Shown here: positions 15,987 through 26,330 of the stretch, one piece after another
Numbering within the stretch: the first letter of the stretch is position 1
How the letters are laid out: the number at the start of each line of letters is the position of its first letter
From: an uncultured virus (IMG/VR IMGVR_UViG_3300022856_000004)
Lineage: Duplodnaviria > Heunggongvirae > Uroviricota > Caudoviricetes
Strand: one strand, 5' to 3'
Virus record (IMG/VR): IMGVR_UViG_3300022856_000004
Length of the DNA: 64,000 nucleotides
The notes under the pieces: model-generated
The model's input: only the letters and a program-made list of their open reading frames with translations
The model's database searches: none
What the model was told of the DNA's origin: nothing
Translations under genes and position numbers: made by a program

Positions 15987-16560
15987 AGTTATAATTCCCC
16001 TCTAATAACAATTTAACATATTCAAACTCAGTTTCATCATGAATATCTATCCAATCAACAACATACAATGTATTATAATTTGATTTTCCAATATGATAAC
16101 ATACTTTTTTTCGAATTACATGTATATGGCTATTATTAATATAATCGTTATCCATAGTTGATAATTCCCAAATAGCATCATTATATAATAGACGTTCTAT
16201 ACATTCATCTATTGTATCGGAAGTCATCTGTGGTGAATTTGCTTGTAATATAACAATAATATCCTCATCATCCAAATCAACACCAATATGTTCTATTGCA
16301 TGTGTTATTGGAACTTGCATCCAAACATCATCATTAGATAATTCTATAGGTCGCCTAACAATCTTACATTTATCACCAACTACAGTCATAATATCATCCG
16401 ATTCCGTAGATACATATAAATTATTATGTGATATATATTTACTATTTAATGCAGCATCTATAGTCCAATTGATTAGTGGCTTACCCATTATAGGTAATAT
16501 GTTTTTATTTTTTAATCTCTTAGAACCACCACGTGCAGGTATAATACCAATTATATTCAT
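15979..16560 (-). CDS. neuA: acylneuraminate cytidylyltransferase
   Basis: IIPARGGSKRLKNKNI, VSTES, RPxELS, LQANSP, DIH. Confidence 0.85.
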   Translation of the reverse strand: MNIIGIIPARGGSKRLKNKNILPIMGKPLINWTIDAALNSKYISHNNLYVSTESDDIMTVVGDKCKIVRRPIELSNDDVWMQVPITHAIEHIGVDLDDEDIIVILQANSPQMTSDTIDECIERLLYNDAIWELSTMDNDYINNSHIHVIRKKVCYHIGKSNYNTLYVVDWIDIHDETEFEYVKLLLEGNYNYD

Positions 16561-17306
16561 ATTATATCCTCTATATTTATTTTTGTTGCACCAATATCAA
16601 TCAATACATTATCATGGATAGAATAAACCTCAATATCATTACGTTTCAATGTATCTATATAATACTTAAATTTATTAATAATATCAGTTGAATTTCTAAA
16701 TTTATTAATGTTTATATTAGCATCAAAATTCAATCTAAAGAAATCATCTATATCTTCATTTATAAATGAATTTATACCATAATAATTATCCATAAGATAT
16801 TTGGAATTCTCCTTTAGTATATCCAATAATACATCATTATTGTTATAAAAGTGTCCTTGTGCTGAGAAATCAAAGCCTACATAAACTATTCGTTTGGCTC
16901 CAAGTATATATGCCATATGAGTTGCTGAAAATGCTATCTGTTCTGCACCAACCAACTTAAAATTACTATCTGTTATCTTTGGTAGCCATCCATAATCACC
17001 AACTACATTTATATTAGTTAATGTAGTTACATCACTATACTCATCACTATCAAAAAAGTTATGTGGTTCTCCCTGAAAAAAACACATATCACCATTTCCA
17101 AATTTATGTTGCATTGCTGTGTGGTGGAAATGACCAGACATGTAGTAATTCGATTTGATTTTGATGTATGATTGATTTGTTCCTATAGAACAACATGCAT
17201 TTATTAAACTCATATCATATTCACTTAGGTTATTTATACTATAACCACACCCAACGATAACTATAGTTTTACCCCTGTACATATCTTCATATGAACTTAA
17301 TATCAT
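16557..17306 (-). CDS. Maf/MptE-like (DUF115) putative nonulosonate transferase
   Basis: IVIVGCGYSI, IGTN, AYILGAKRIVYVGFD. Confidence 0.6.
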   Translation of the reverse strand: MILSSYEDMYRGKTIVIVGCGYSINNLSEYDMSLINACCSIGTNQSYIKIKSNYYMSGHFHHTAMQHKFGNGDMCFFQGEPHNFFDSDEYSDVTTLTNINVVGDYGWLPKITDSNFKLVGAEQIAFSATHMAYILGAKRIVYVGFDFSAQGHFYNNNDVLLDILKENSKYLMDNYYGINSFINEDIDDFFRLNFDANININKFRNSTDIINKFKYYIDTLKRNDIEVYSIHDNVLIDIGATKINIEDII

Positions 17307-18805
17307 TTAAGCCTCCATAATTCCCATACAAATGGATATGAAAATACAACATCGTGAGTTTTAGATAATTCTGATATTATCTTATGTCGTTTATATACAG
17401 GATTATCACCGTAATAATGGAATTGTATCAATACATTACCAAACATTGACAATTTATCATTTGATATTAAACTATTCAAAATATCATATTCACCACCTTC
17501 AATATTTAATTTTATTAAGTCTATATGGTTAAGGTGTAAATCATCAATAACATCTATAATATTCATTTGAGATACAGTTTCTAATTCACCTGTTCCCAAA
17601 AACACAGATGATTTGTTATCTGACACCACCATATCTATATTTTTAGTTGTAGATCCTAATGCAAAATTAAAGAATTTGATATTTTCATTGGATTTAGCAT
17701 TTGACTTTGAATATAAATCGCTAACTGGCTCGAAACCATAAGTTTTACAATTATATATCTTATTCATTTCATATGAATATTCCCCATCATAAGAACCAAC
17801 ATCAAAAATTATAGATTTATCAGTTATATTATCTATATCATATAACATATTATCACCACCAGACTCGAAAAATAATTTTAACCATTCTGATTGCAGATTG
17901 CCATCAACATAAGTCCTGATGTCGTTGGTGTTAATATCAATATTGATATTATTATCAATCATCCCTCGCTTTAAAAATACATTCTCAAATATCCAATCTT
18001 CCTGTGTATCATACAATTTAACGCTTTCTAAATTATCAATTGCATGTGGTAACATATCATTATACAAATCATCACTTAACATTGATAATATATCATCTAA
18101 TTCATCAATAATATTAAATGTTAATATACCATCAACATTAAAGAACTTATCTATTTTATTTGCACCCCAATATATAGGAATAGTCCCAACAGCCATACAA
18201 TCCAGTAATTTCTCTGTGAAATAATAATCACTTTTCGTATTTTCAATGACTATAGAAAATTTATAAGGTGCTAAAATCTCTTCTTTATATTCAAAATCCA
18301 CACCACACCCAGATCCGTAACAATCAACCATGTCAGTTATGTGATTAGCTATTTGATGTCTTAATTTATGACCAGTTGTCATTGTTTTATGTGAGTATAT
18401 CATAGAAACTAATTTACTCTTATCATATATACCATAATTATCATCTAATACCCAACACCCACCAAACGGATAAAATTCAGTATTATCTGGGTATTGATTT
18501 AGTAATTCATCATCATATGTAATTATAAAATCAAATTTATCTATAATCGATTCTATATTATCAAATACCCTATTACCATTAGTCTCTCTGTTCTCTATAA
18601 TCCAAGCAACCTTATATTTACTATCAACTTTATCAACTACATCAGATAGTATATATGAATCTGTAAATATAGTAATTGAATCCCATTCATAATTACCCCT
18701 ATTATACTTTATAAACTTGGGAGTTCTATTATCAGTAATTGAGTATATACCACTATCAATTGCAAGATGTTTAAATGCATTATCAAATAAATTTATACCT
18801 ATCAT
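17303..18805 (-). CDS. GT10-like fucosyltransferase fused to FkbM-family methyltransferase
   Basis: YKFSIVIEN..YFTEKLLDC..GTIPIYWG (GT10), then IFDVGSYDG, FEPV, IDLIKLNIEGGEY (FkbM). Confidence 0.8.
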   Translation of the reverse strand: MIGINLFDNAFKHLAIDSGIYSITDNRTPKFIKYNRGNYEWDSITIFTDSYILSDVVDKVDSKYKVAWIIENRETNGNRVFDNIESIIDKFDFIITYDDELLNQYPDNTEFYPFGGCWVLDDNYGIYDKSKLVSMIYSHKTMTTGHKLRHQIANHITDMVDCYGSGCGVDFEYKEEILAPYKFSIVIENTKSDYYFTEKLLDCMAVGTIPIYWGANKIDKFFNVDGILTFNIIDELDDILSMLSDDLYNDMLPHAIDNLESVKLYDTQEDWIFENVFLKRGMIDNNINIDINTNDIRTYVDGNLQSEWLKLFFESGGDNMLYDIDNITDKSIIFDVGSYDGEYSYEMNKIYNCKTYGFEPVSDLYSKSNAKSNENIKFFNFALGSTTKNIDMVVSDNKSSVFLGTGELETVSQMNIIDVIDDLHLNHIDLIKLNIEGGEYDILNSLISNDKLSMFGNVLIQFHYYGDNPVYKRHKIISELSKTHDVVFSYPFVWELWRLK

Positions 18806-19662
18806 AGTAAATCCGATCTTAATTTTTTGATAGCTATTTGTTCAGAATCCAATACTCTTTTTTCTGATGTTCCAAGTGATGTTTTTACTTGATTTATATA
18901 TTTTAAAATATTCTCAACTCCTTTGTATTCTAATGATGCTGCGTGATCAGTTCCTTTCATTGTTCTACTTAAAGTATAATGCCTTTCTATTATTCTTGAT
19001 CCTAACATATAAGCAGCTATATCTGGTGCTATTCCACTGTGATGACCACTAAAACCAACTCCATCTATTCTTTCCTTATACCTATCACGTAACATAGGAA
19101 TCACATTTAAATTTAATTCGTCATCTGGACATGGATATGTACTTGTACATTGCAATACATATTTTTCGTTATGTTTTAATATATTAACTACCATATCAAT
19201 ATCTTCTATAGATGACATACCAGATGATATTATAACTGGTAATCCTGTATTTGACGTAGCATCAATTAAATCTATATCGGTTATTCTCTGTGATGCAATT
19301 TTTAATCCAGATATTCCAATATCACATAAAAAATCTAAGCTATTAATATCTGTGTAGCTACTGATAAAATCAAAACCAGCATTCTCTACATAATCTTTTA
19401 ATTCTATAAATTCATCTTTTGATAATTCCAATGCATTTCTATGTTCATAATAAGTCATACCAAATGAATTTGCATTATCATAAATCATATTTTTTTGTTT
19501 TTCCGATAAACACACATCTATATCTCGCTTTGCAGTTTTAATACATGATATAGGTAATCCTTTAAGTGAATCTACCATTTGCTTTGCAATGTTAATATCA
19601 CCTTGGTGATTCTGACCTATCTCAGCAATAAAATATACTGGGTTGTTATTATTTACTTTCAT
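18802..19662 (-). CDS. neuB: N-acetylneuraminate (nonulosonate) synthase
   Basis: FIAEIGQNHQGD, KIAS, PVIISSGMS, QCTSTYP, GFSGH, IERHYTL, GTDHAASL. Confidence 0.9.
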   Translation of the reverse strand: MKVNNNNPVYFIAEIGQNHQGDINIAKQMVDSLKGLPISCIKTAKRDIDVCLSEKQKNMIYDNANSFGMTYYEHRNALELSKDEFIELKDYVENAGFDFISSYTDINSLDFLCDIGISGLKIASQRITDIDLIDATSNTGLPVIISSGMSSIEDIDMVVNILKHNEKYVLQCTSTYPCPDDELNLNVIPMLRDRYKERIDGVGFSGHHSGIAPDIAAYMLGSRIIERHYTLSRTMKGTDHAASLEYKGVENILKYINQVKTSLGTSEKRVLDSEQIAIKKLRSDLL

Positions 19663-19952
19663 ACTTCCTCTATTATTTTAGTTTTATCATCTACCAATAA
19701 ATCCCAAACTGGTTTGTATTCATTAGATAACCTATTATACTTACAACCCCATTCATTTAACTGGTATATAGTTAACTCTGTCCAATCTATACCTGTACCA
19801 CTACCCCTTGCAGTCCAATAAACTATCTCGTTACCACTATCAAATAAATTATTTATTTTATCAATATTAACTTTGTTTGGTATCGCAAATTCATAATTTC
19901 GAACTCCATCATAAAAACAAATAGTCTCATCTATATCAACATATATTACCAT
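19659..19952 (-). CDS. small HAD-family capsule-biosynthesis phosphatase
   Basis: YVDIDETIC, YWTARG, KPxxDxxVDDK; start revised to MVIYVD. Confidence 0.8.
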   Translation of the reverse strand: MVIYVDIDETICFYDGVRNYEFAIPNKVNIDKINNLFDSGNEIVYWTARGSGTGIDWTELTIYQLNEWGCKYNRLSNEYKPVWDLLVDDKTKIIEEV

Positions 19953-20701
19953 GCAGTCCAACCCCCATCAACAACTAGATTGTGACCTGTTACGTATGAT
20001 GATGCATTAGAAAGTAAATATAATAGTGCACCAGCAACTTCATAGTTATAACTTAATCTCCCCATAGGAGATAAATGTGAAAAGTTATCCTCGAATGTGG
20101 TTTCATGGTTATTCCAGACTCCGTGTGGTGTTATCATATTAACTCTTATATTATCTTTAGCCCAGTATGTTGATAGATAATTTGATAATGCCATTATACC
20201 ACCCTTAGATGCCGAATATGATGCTGGTGTCTTTAGTGGCTGTGATAAACCATCATATATACTATGGTTTGGAGCTACTACAGAATATGTGGATGCTATA
20301 TTAATTATACTACCACCAGTTTCTTTCATATGAGTTCCAATTATTTTACACATTAAAAATGTACCTTTTAAATTGCAATCCATTACATCATCCCACACAT
20401 CAGAATCGTAGTTTTCAAATATATCAAAGAACCCCTGTGGTTTAGACCAATGACAATTAACCAAACCATCAATATGACCATATTTATCAATTACATCATT
20501 TGTAAATTTCTCGATGTTATTTTTATCAGTAACATCGTTATCAGGAAGATCAAATCCAATTACATTAGCACCAAATTGTTCACATGCTTCTACAAATGCC
20601 TTACCTATTAATCCATTATGACCAGTTATCACAATAACTTTATTTGTTAAGTCAAATAAAGACTTGAAATCTATCTTGGTTGGATCTGTTGTTCTAATCA
20701 T
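19946..20701 (-). CDS. SDR oxidoreductase (PtmA-like)
   Basis: ITGHNGLIG, GSIINIASTY, YSASK, IRVNxxxPxG, YVTGHNLVVDGG. Confidence 0.85.
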   Translation of the reverse strand: MIRTTDPTKIDFKSLFDLTNKVIVITGHNGLIGKAFVEACEQFGANVIGFDLPDNDVTDKNNIEKFTNDVIDKYGHIDGLVNCHWSKPQGFFDIFENYDSDVWDDVMDCNLKGTFLMCKIIGTHMKETGGSIINIASTYSVVAPNHSIYDGLSQPLKTPASYSASKGGIMALSNYLSTYWAKDNIRVNMITPHGVWNNHETTFEDNFSHLSPMGRLSYNYEVAGALLYLLSNASSYVTGHNLVVDGGWTAW

Positions 20702-21300
20702 AATACCCCATTATAAATTGGTGTGTTAGTTGAATGTATAGATATATCTCTTATATTAATATTAGTTGGTTGGTTTATTATCCATTCAACCACATCAGAA
20801 ACGTAATCTACATCCATAGTTGGAAAATATCGCTTATCATATAAAGATGGAAACTCAGTCATTACATATCCAAGTTTAATATTAGTAACTTTACATAAAA
20901 CTTTATCTTTGTATCCATTCACACAATAATCAATATTAACATCTTTTATAAAATCATCTTGGTTTATCTTATTACGTGGATACTCTTTTAATCTATCTGG
21001 ATTATCATGTTTCATATCACTAGCACAACTACCTATATTGATAATGTGCTTATTATCATATTTCCATAAATCATACATATCAATTAACATCTTTGTTTGA
21101 TATTCAGGAGCATATGCATTATTAATGAATACATCACAATCATTTATATATTGTATAACTCCATCATAATTACTTTCTATATTATGTCCATCCGAACTAG
21201 ACCCACCAATAACATCATATACATTTAATAATCTATTGTAAATTGCGTGTCCTATACCACGTGATATACCAGAAACGTAAATTTTCATATTTTTACCCAT
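20698..21300 (-). CDS. SDR family oxidoreductase
   Basis: SGISRGIG, FINNA, IINIGS, YxxxK. Confidence 0.75.
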   Translation of the reverse strand: MGKNMKIYVSGISRGIGHAIYNRLLNVYDVIGGSSSDGHNIESNYDGVIQYINDCDVFINNAYAPEYQTKMLIDMYDLWKYDNKHIINIGSCASDMKHDNPDRLKEYPRNKINQDDFIKDVNIDYCVNGYKDKVLCKVTNIKLGYVMTEFPSLYDKRYFPTMDVDYVSDVVEWIINQPTNINIRDISIHSTNTPIYNGVL

Positions 21301-22085
21301 TCATTTGGAATTATATCTTTATAATCTAAGTTTATACTATCTCCAAACCATTTACTTGGAGCTACAACTGTTTTGTCTATATTACCATTCACCCAAGCAC
21401 CCCACCAAGAAAATGATGAATTTGCTATTATATTATGTTTGCATAATGACATTAAATATAAGTCAATAATATCATCTTCCATATTAATAAAAACTACATT
21501 ATCACCATTAAAATTACCCATACACCATTCAATATCATCACTGAATATATAAAATGTATGTTCTGGGAATAATGCGAGTGACTTATCATAATAATCAGTT
21601 TCGGATAGTAATATATGTTTATGTTTCAATGCTACATAGTCACCACGTCTAACATGGACAGATACGGAATTTGTAGAGTTTATCAACGTATTGTATTTTT
21701 TGTATATATAATCATATATATGATGTGGGATACTATAATAATCTAATATGGCATCTCTATTATGCACAAAATACTTTTCTGATTGGAAATACCCATGCAA
21801 CTCCATATTTGGGATACATTCTATTTTATTATATCCAAATGTTGGTTCTGAGTATGTGCTAGTTACAAAACTCTTATCACCCGATATATCTACATTACTA
21901 AATATATTATCGGTATAACCACCAAACATATCAGATTGCATATCTGGGAATATAGCTTTGTAATTATAGTCAATTGCTAAGCTAATTATATTAGCCACTT
22001 GAAATAATTGATTTCCCAACCCAAAGTTATGTGTTCCACCAGGTGTACCTGGTCCAAGTAATCGACATGTAATTAAGTCATTCAT
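21285..22085 (-). CDS. GT11 alpha-1,2-fucosyltransferase-like protein
   Basis: GLGNQLFQ, GYFQSEKYF, VHVRRGDY, FSDDIEWC, IIANSSFSWWGAW. Confidence 0.9.
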   Translation of the reverse strand: MNDLITCRLLGPGTPGGTHNFGLGNQLFQVANIISLAIDYNYKAIFPDMQSDMFGGYTDNIFSNVDISGDKSFVTSTYSEPTFGYNKIECIPNMELHGYFQSEKYFVHNRDAILDYYSIPHHIYDYIYKKYNTLINSTNSVSVHVRRGDYVALKHKHILLSETDYYDKSLALFPEHTFYIFSDDIEWCMGNFNGDNVVFINMEDDIIDLYLMSLCKHNIIANSSFSWWGAWVNGNIDKTVVAPSKWFGDSINLDYKDIIPNEWVKI

Positions 22086-22876
22086 AATCGGTTGTACACC
22101 CCTATATTATTTCTAACTGATATTTCTACTTCTTTTTGTTTATCGATATACATTGATCCTTCATTTCCCAACCCAACTGTTCTATTTAAAACATATAATA
22201 TTCTATCACTTATGATTATCCTATCAATGCCAGTCATCTCTACCATTGGTAAACATAACACATGGTCAAATATACAATCAAAGTAATCATCAGTATCAAT
22301 ATTAAATAAATCAAATTTTAAAACTTTATTTAATAGGTTGAGTTTGTATGTTTTTAAATGTGAGTATGGAAATTGATGTGTTCTATATAAATTATTATCA
22401 TCTACATACTGGTTGACCCAATTATTCCACCCATGATAATGTCCACCAGTTTCATGGGTTGGGTGCACGATATATTGCCCACACGTCATAAGTGTGTTTT
22501 CATTTGATATATAAACACCATTTAAATAATCAAGAACGTCATTAGTATGTAACCAATCATCCCCATCAACTTCAACGATAACACATTCATCATCAAAATC
22601 ATTATCATTTATCCAATCCCAAGCATATAAAAATGATTTGCATTGAGAACCGTTATTATTATTATTTAATAATACACATCTATCATTTAAGTTGGAATTA
22701 ATAATATCACATGTATTATCATTAGAATTATCATTTACAATTATATGTATATAATCTGTATATGTTTGTTCTTGTATACTATTCATATTTATAGCAATCC
22801 AATCACTAACATTATATGCAGTGGTTACTATTATAAACTTAATTTTATTTTCCAACACAAAAACACCATAGCCCAT
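22082..22876 (-). CDS. glycosyltransferase family 2
   Basis: IVTTAYN, VNDNSNDNT, VDGDDWL; start uncertain. Confidence 0.8.
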   Translation of the reverse strand: MGYGVFVLENKIKFIIVTTAYNVSDWIAINMNSIQEQTYTDYIHIIVNDNSNDNTCDIINSNLNDRCVLLNNNNNGSQCKSFLYAWDWINDNDFDDECVIVEVDGDDWLHTNDVLDYLNGVYISNENTLMTCGQYIVHPTHETGGHYHGWNNWVNQYVDDNNLYRTHQFPYSHLKTYKLNLLNKVLKFDLFNIDTDDYFDCIFDHVLCLPMVEMTGIDRIIISDRILYVLNRTVGLGNEGSMYIDKQKEVEISVRNNIGVYNRL

Positions 22877-23621
22877 TTGGTGAATAAGGATTCATATGAC
22901 GATAATTTTGTTCACTCATAGAACCGACATTAGTTTCATCCCAATTTACAAAATCATTACTAATATAAAATTTTTCGTCATAAATGTTATATTCATTCTC
23001 TTGTAGTAAAGTTTGGATTATATCTCTACGTTGACGATTATAATATCTTAAAAATGGAAATCCATTTTCATCATAATTCATATAACCACCTGTAGGTATA
23101 GTTATTATAACTCTAGATGCGTCATCATTTAATAAAGAAGACATTTTAAGTATCCCACGCAAATCATGGTTCCATCTTATAAAATCATCATTCATAATTT
23201 CAAATGTATCATCAGCACCAAACATATTATGATTGCCATATTTCATACCAAAGTGCTCTAATACTGATATGCAAATTACATAATCATAATTATTATCTGG
23301 TTCGTATGCTACCAAGTCACCATTAATGAAATTGACATTGAGTTTACTATCAACTAAATCTGATAGATAACTATTGGGTTCCAAATCACTTATATCAATA
23401 CAATCTAAATTATCAACATTCAAATCTAATGTTTCTGATGTGTATAATGTTACACCTTCTCTACCCTCTCGCTCACCAACTACCAGTACATTTTTATTAC
23501 TCTTTCTATTATCAGAAGCTAATATATTGTACATATAAGATAATTCAGCTATTTTAGATCCCTTAACTACCATTTTATCTGAATAGTCTTTGTTTAAATG
23601 CTTACAGTATAAACCACTCAT
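22845..23621 (-). CDS. SAM-dependent methyltransferase-like protein
   Basis: VLVVG, CIDI, YDYVICISVLEHFG. Confidence 0.65.
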   Translation of the reverse strand: MSGLYCKHLNKDYSDKMVVKGSKIAELSYMYNILASDNRKSNKNVLVVGEREGREGVTLYTSETLDLNVDNLDCIDISDLEPNSYLSDLVDSKLNVNFINGDLVAYEPDNNYDYVICISVLEHFGMKYGNHNMFGADDTFEIMNDDFIRWNHDLRGILKMSSLLNDDASRVIITIPTGGYMNYDENGFPFLRYYNRQRRDIIQTLLQENEYNIYDEKFYISNDFVNWDETNVGSMSEQNYRHMNPYSPNGLWCFCVGK

Positions 23622-23624
23622 AGA

Positions 23625-23978
23625 TCAAACTCCATTATAAAAATAATATTGAATGTCCTTTCCTAATTTACCAGCCGCATTATATTCTGCTTGAACACCT
23701 ATACTATTCTGTATTAAACGTGTTCCATCATATTCAGTCATATCAACAACTACTAACTCATCACAATGCTCAATCCAATATAGATCTTGTTCTAACCACC
23801 AATTACTATCAGTCTGTAGTTTAGGATCTAAATATTCAGCTATAGGGTGTGAGTGTGATATAGGAGAAAATACTATATATCCTCTCTTCATAAAGTCAGC
23901 AGCTACTTCATTAGCAATTCTAAATGATACTTCTGGATTCCAAGAATATGGAATTGATAAATATATTATTTTTTTCAT
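23625..23978 (-). CDS. DUF1937 / nucleoside 2-deoxyribosyltransferase-like protein
   Basis: IYLSIPYS, VFSPISHSHP, WLxxD, CDELVV, SxGVxAE. Confidence 0.8.
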   Translation of the reverse strand: MKKIIYLSIPYSWNPEVSFRIANEVAADFMKRGYIVFSPISHSHPIAEYLDPKLQTDSNWWLEQDLYWIEHCDELVVVDMTEYDGTRLIQNSIGVQAEYNAAGKLGKDIQYYFYNGV

Positions 23979-23980
23979 TC

Positions 23981-24370
23981 TTATTCCTTCTCTTTGATTA
24001 TTTTTACATTATATTCAATTAATTCACATATTTCTTTATGAGTTAATCTTTTAACTTCTTTAGGTCTTTTATCTAGTATAGTTCCATCACTATCTTCATA
24101 ATAAATTCTATTGTTATTAGAATCAAATTCGTTTTTTACCCAAAATCCATTACTATCTTCACAATAAATTAGATTGTTATTAGAATCATATTCGATTTTT
24201 ACCCAAAATCCATTACTATCTTCACAATAAATTAGATTGTTATTAGAATCAAATTCGCTTTTTGACCAATCTCCATTACTATATTCACAATAAATTTCAT
24301 TTCTGTTTTTATCAAATAATTGTTTTGGAAATTCTTGATTTTTAAGTAATTTTTTTAAAGTCATCTTCAT
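23981..24370 (-). CDS. 23-aa-repeat family protein
   Basis: MKMTLKKLLKNQEFPK head, repeats, KRLTHKEICELI tail. Confidence 0.85.
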   Translation of the reverse strand: MKMTLKKLLKNQEFPKQLFDKNRNEIYCEYSNGDWSKSEFDSNNNLIYCEDSNGFWVKIEYDSNNNLIYCEDSNGFWVKNEFDSNNNRIYYEDSDGTILDKRPKEVKRLTHKEICELIEYNVKIIKEKE

Positions 24371-24374
24371 TTTA

Positions 24375-24893
24375 TTATTCCTCGTCTTTGATTATTTCTA
24401 CATCATATCCAATTAATTCACATATTTCTTTATGAGTTAATCTTTTAACTTCTTTAGGTCTGTTATCTATTATAATTCCATCACTATCTTCACAATAAAT
24501 TCTATTATTATTAGAATCATATTCCTTTTTTACCCAAAATCCATCACTATTTTCCCAATAAATTCTATTATTATTAGAATCATATTCGCTTTTTACCAAA
24601 TCTCCATTACTATTTTCCCAATAAATTTTATTATTATTAGAATCAAATTCGCTTTTTACCCAAAATCCATTACTATTTTCATAATAAATTTCATTATTAT
24701 TAGAATCATATTCTTTTTTTACCCAAAATCCATCACTATTTTCCCAATAAATTTCATTATTATTAGAATCAAATTCGCTTTTTACCCAACAATCTCCATT
24801 ACTACTTTCCCAATAAATTTCATTTCCGTTTTTATCAAATAGTTCCTTCGGAAATTCTTGATTTTTAAGTAATTTTTTTAAAGTCATCTTCAT
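24375..24893 (-). CDS. 23-aa-repeat family protein
   Basis: Same head and tail, more repeats. Confidence 0.85.
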   Translation of the reverse strand: MKMTLKKLLKNQEFPKELFDKNGNEIYWESSNGDCWVKSEFDSNNNEIYWENSDGFWVKKEYDSNNNEIYYENSNGFWVKSEFDSNNNKIYWENSNGDLVKSEYDSNNNRIYWENSDGFWVKKEYDSNNNRIYCEDSDGIIIDNRPKEVKRLTHKEICELIGYDVEIIKDEE

Positions 24894-24898
24894 TTTAT

Positions 24899-25162
24899 TT
24901 ATTCTTTTTCTTTGATTATTTCTACATTATATCCAATTAATTCACATATTTCTTTATGAGTTAATCTTTTTGTTTCTTTAGGTATGTTATCATATATAGT
25001 ACCATTACTATTTTCACAATAAATTTCATTATTATTAGAATCAAATTCTTTTATATAAAAGAATCCATTACTATTTTCATAATAAATTCTATTGTTATTA
25101 GAATCATATAGCACTATAGGATTATGAATTACAGTATCAATATGTAATTTTTTAAGTATCAT
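24899..25162 (-). CDS. 23-aa-repeat family protein (short)
   Basis: MILKKL head, repeats, KRLTHKEICELI tail. Confidence 0.8.
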   Translation of the reverse strand: MILKKLHIDTVIHNPIVLYDSNNNRIYYENSNGFFYIKEFDSNNNEIYCENSNGTIYDNIPKETKRLTHKEICELIGYNVEIIKEKE

Positions 25163-25671
25163 TTTTTAGGTCTTTTACCTCGTATAATTCCATTACTATC
25201 TTCATAATAAATTCTATTGTTATTAGAATCAAATTCTCTTTTTACCCAAAATCCATCACTATCTTCACAATAAAGTTCATTGTTATTAGAATCAAACTCT
25301 CTTTTTATCCAATCTCCATTACTATTTTCAAAATAAATACAATTATCATTAGAATCAAATTCTTTTATATAAAATAATCCATTACTATTTTCCCAATAAA
25401 TTTCATTATTATTAGAATCAAACTCTCTTTTTACCCAACAATCTCCATTACTATCTTCCCAATAAATACAATTATCATTAGAATCAAATTCCTTTTTTAC
25501 CCAAAATCCATCACTATTTTCCCAATAAATTATATTATTATTAGAATCAAATTCTCTTTTTACCCAACAATCTCCATTAATATTTTCCCAATAAATTTGA
25601 TTTCTGTTTTTATCAAATAGTTCCTTCGGAAATTCTTGATTTTTAAGTAATTTTTTTAAAGTCATCTTCAT
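25159..25671 (-). CDS. 23-aa-repeat family protein lacking the tail motif
   Basis: Same head; ends GKRPKK. Confidence 0.85.
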   Translation of the reverse strand: MKMTLKKLLKNQEFPKELFDKNRNQIYWENINGDCWVKREFDSNNNIIYWENSDGFWVKKEFDSNDNCIYWEDSNGDCWVKREFDSNNNEIYWENSNGLFYIKEFDSNDNCIYFENSNGDWIKREFDSNNNELYCEDSDGFWVKREFDSNNNRIYYEDSNGIIRGKRPKK

Positions 25672-25676
25672 TTTAT

Positions 25677-26081
25677 TTATTCTTTTTCTTTGATTATTTC
25701 TACATTATATCCAATTAATTCACATATTTCTTTATGAGTTAATCTTTTTGTTTCTTTAGGTCTTTTACCTCGTATAATTCCATCACTATTTTCATAATAA
25801 ATTTCAAGACTGTTAGAATCATATTCTCTTTTTGACCAATCTCCATCACTATCTTCATAATAAATTAGATTGTTATTAGAATCATATTCTCTTTTTACCC
25901 AAATTCCATTACTATTTTCAAAATAAATTTCATCATTATTAGAATCATATTCGCTTTTTACCCAAAATCCATTACTATTTTCCCAATAAATTTGATTTCT
26001 GTTTTTATCAAATAGTTTCTTCGGAAATTCTTGATTTTTAAGTAATTTTTTTAAAGTCATTTTCATTCTTATCATCTTCAT
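25677..26081 (-). CDS. 23-aa-repeat family protein
   Basis: Same head and tail. Confidence 0.85.
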   Translation of the reverse strand: MKMIRMKMTLKKLLKNQEFPKKLFDKNRNQIYWENSNGFWVKSEYDSNNDEIYFENSNGIWVKREYDSNNNLIYYEDSDGDWSKREYDSNSLEIYYENSDGIIRGKRPKETKRLTHKEICELIGYNVEIIKEKE

Positions 26082-26083
26082 TC

Positions 26084-26278
26084 TTATTCCTCATTTAAAT
26101 TTAAACGTCTCTCAAATTCATCAGTATCAAAAATATTATCCAAATCTATAAAATAGACATACGTTGTATCTTGTCCTTGAATGTATATAATAGGTTCAAG
26201 TTGTGATTTAACTATATTGATATACTTTGTTCTCGTATACGTATAACCACTAAGCCAACCCATACTATACATGAGCAT
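26084..26278 (-). CDS. hypothetical protein
   Basis: 64-aa ORF abutting the repeat cluster. Confidence 0.45.
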   Translation of the reverse strand: MLMYSMGWLSGYTYTRTKYINIVKSQLEPIIYIQGQDTTYVYFIDLDNIFDTDEFERRLNLNEE

Positions 26279-26330
26279 ACAAAGTAATATAACTCCAAGT
26301 CATGTACAGTTAAATTTATTCATTTTTTAT

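Noticed and set aside
23981..26081. Diversity-generating retroelement
   Set aside because: No reverse transcriptase in the window, no non-coding template repeat identified, and differences are not clearly adenine-restricted. Cannot be excluded for the rest of the genome.
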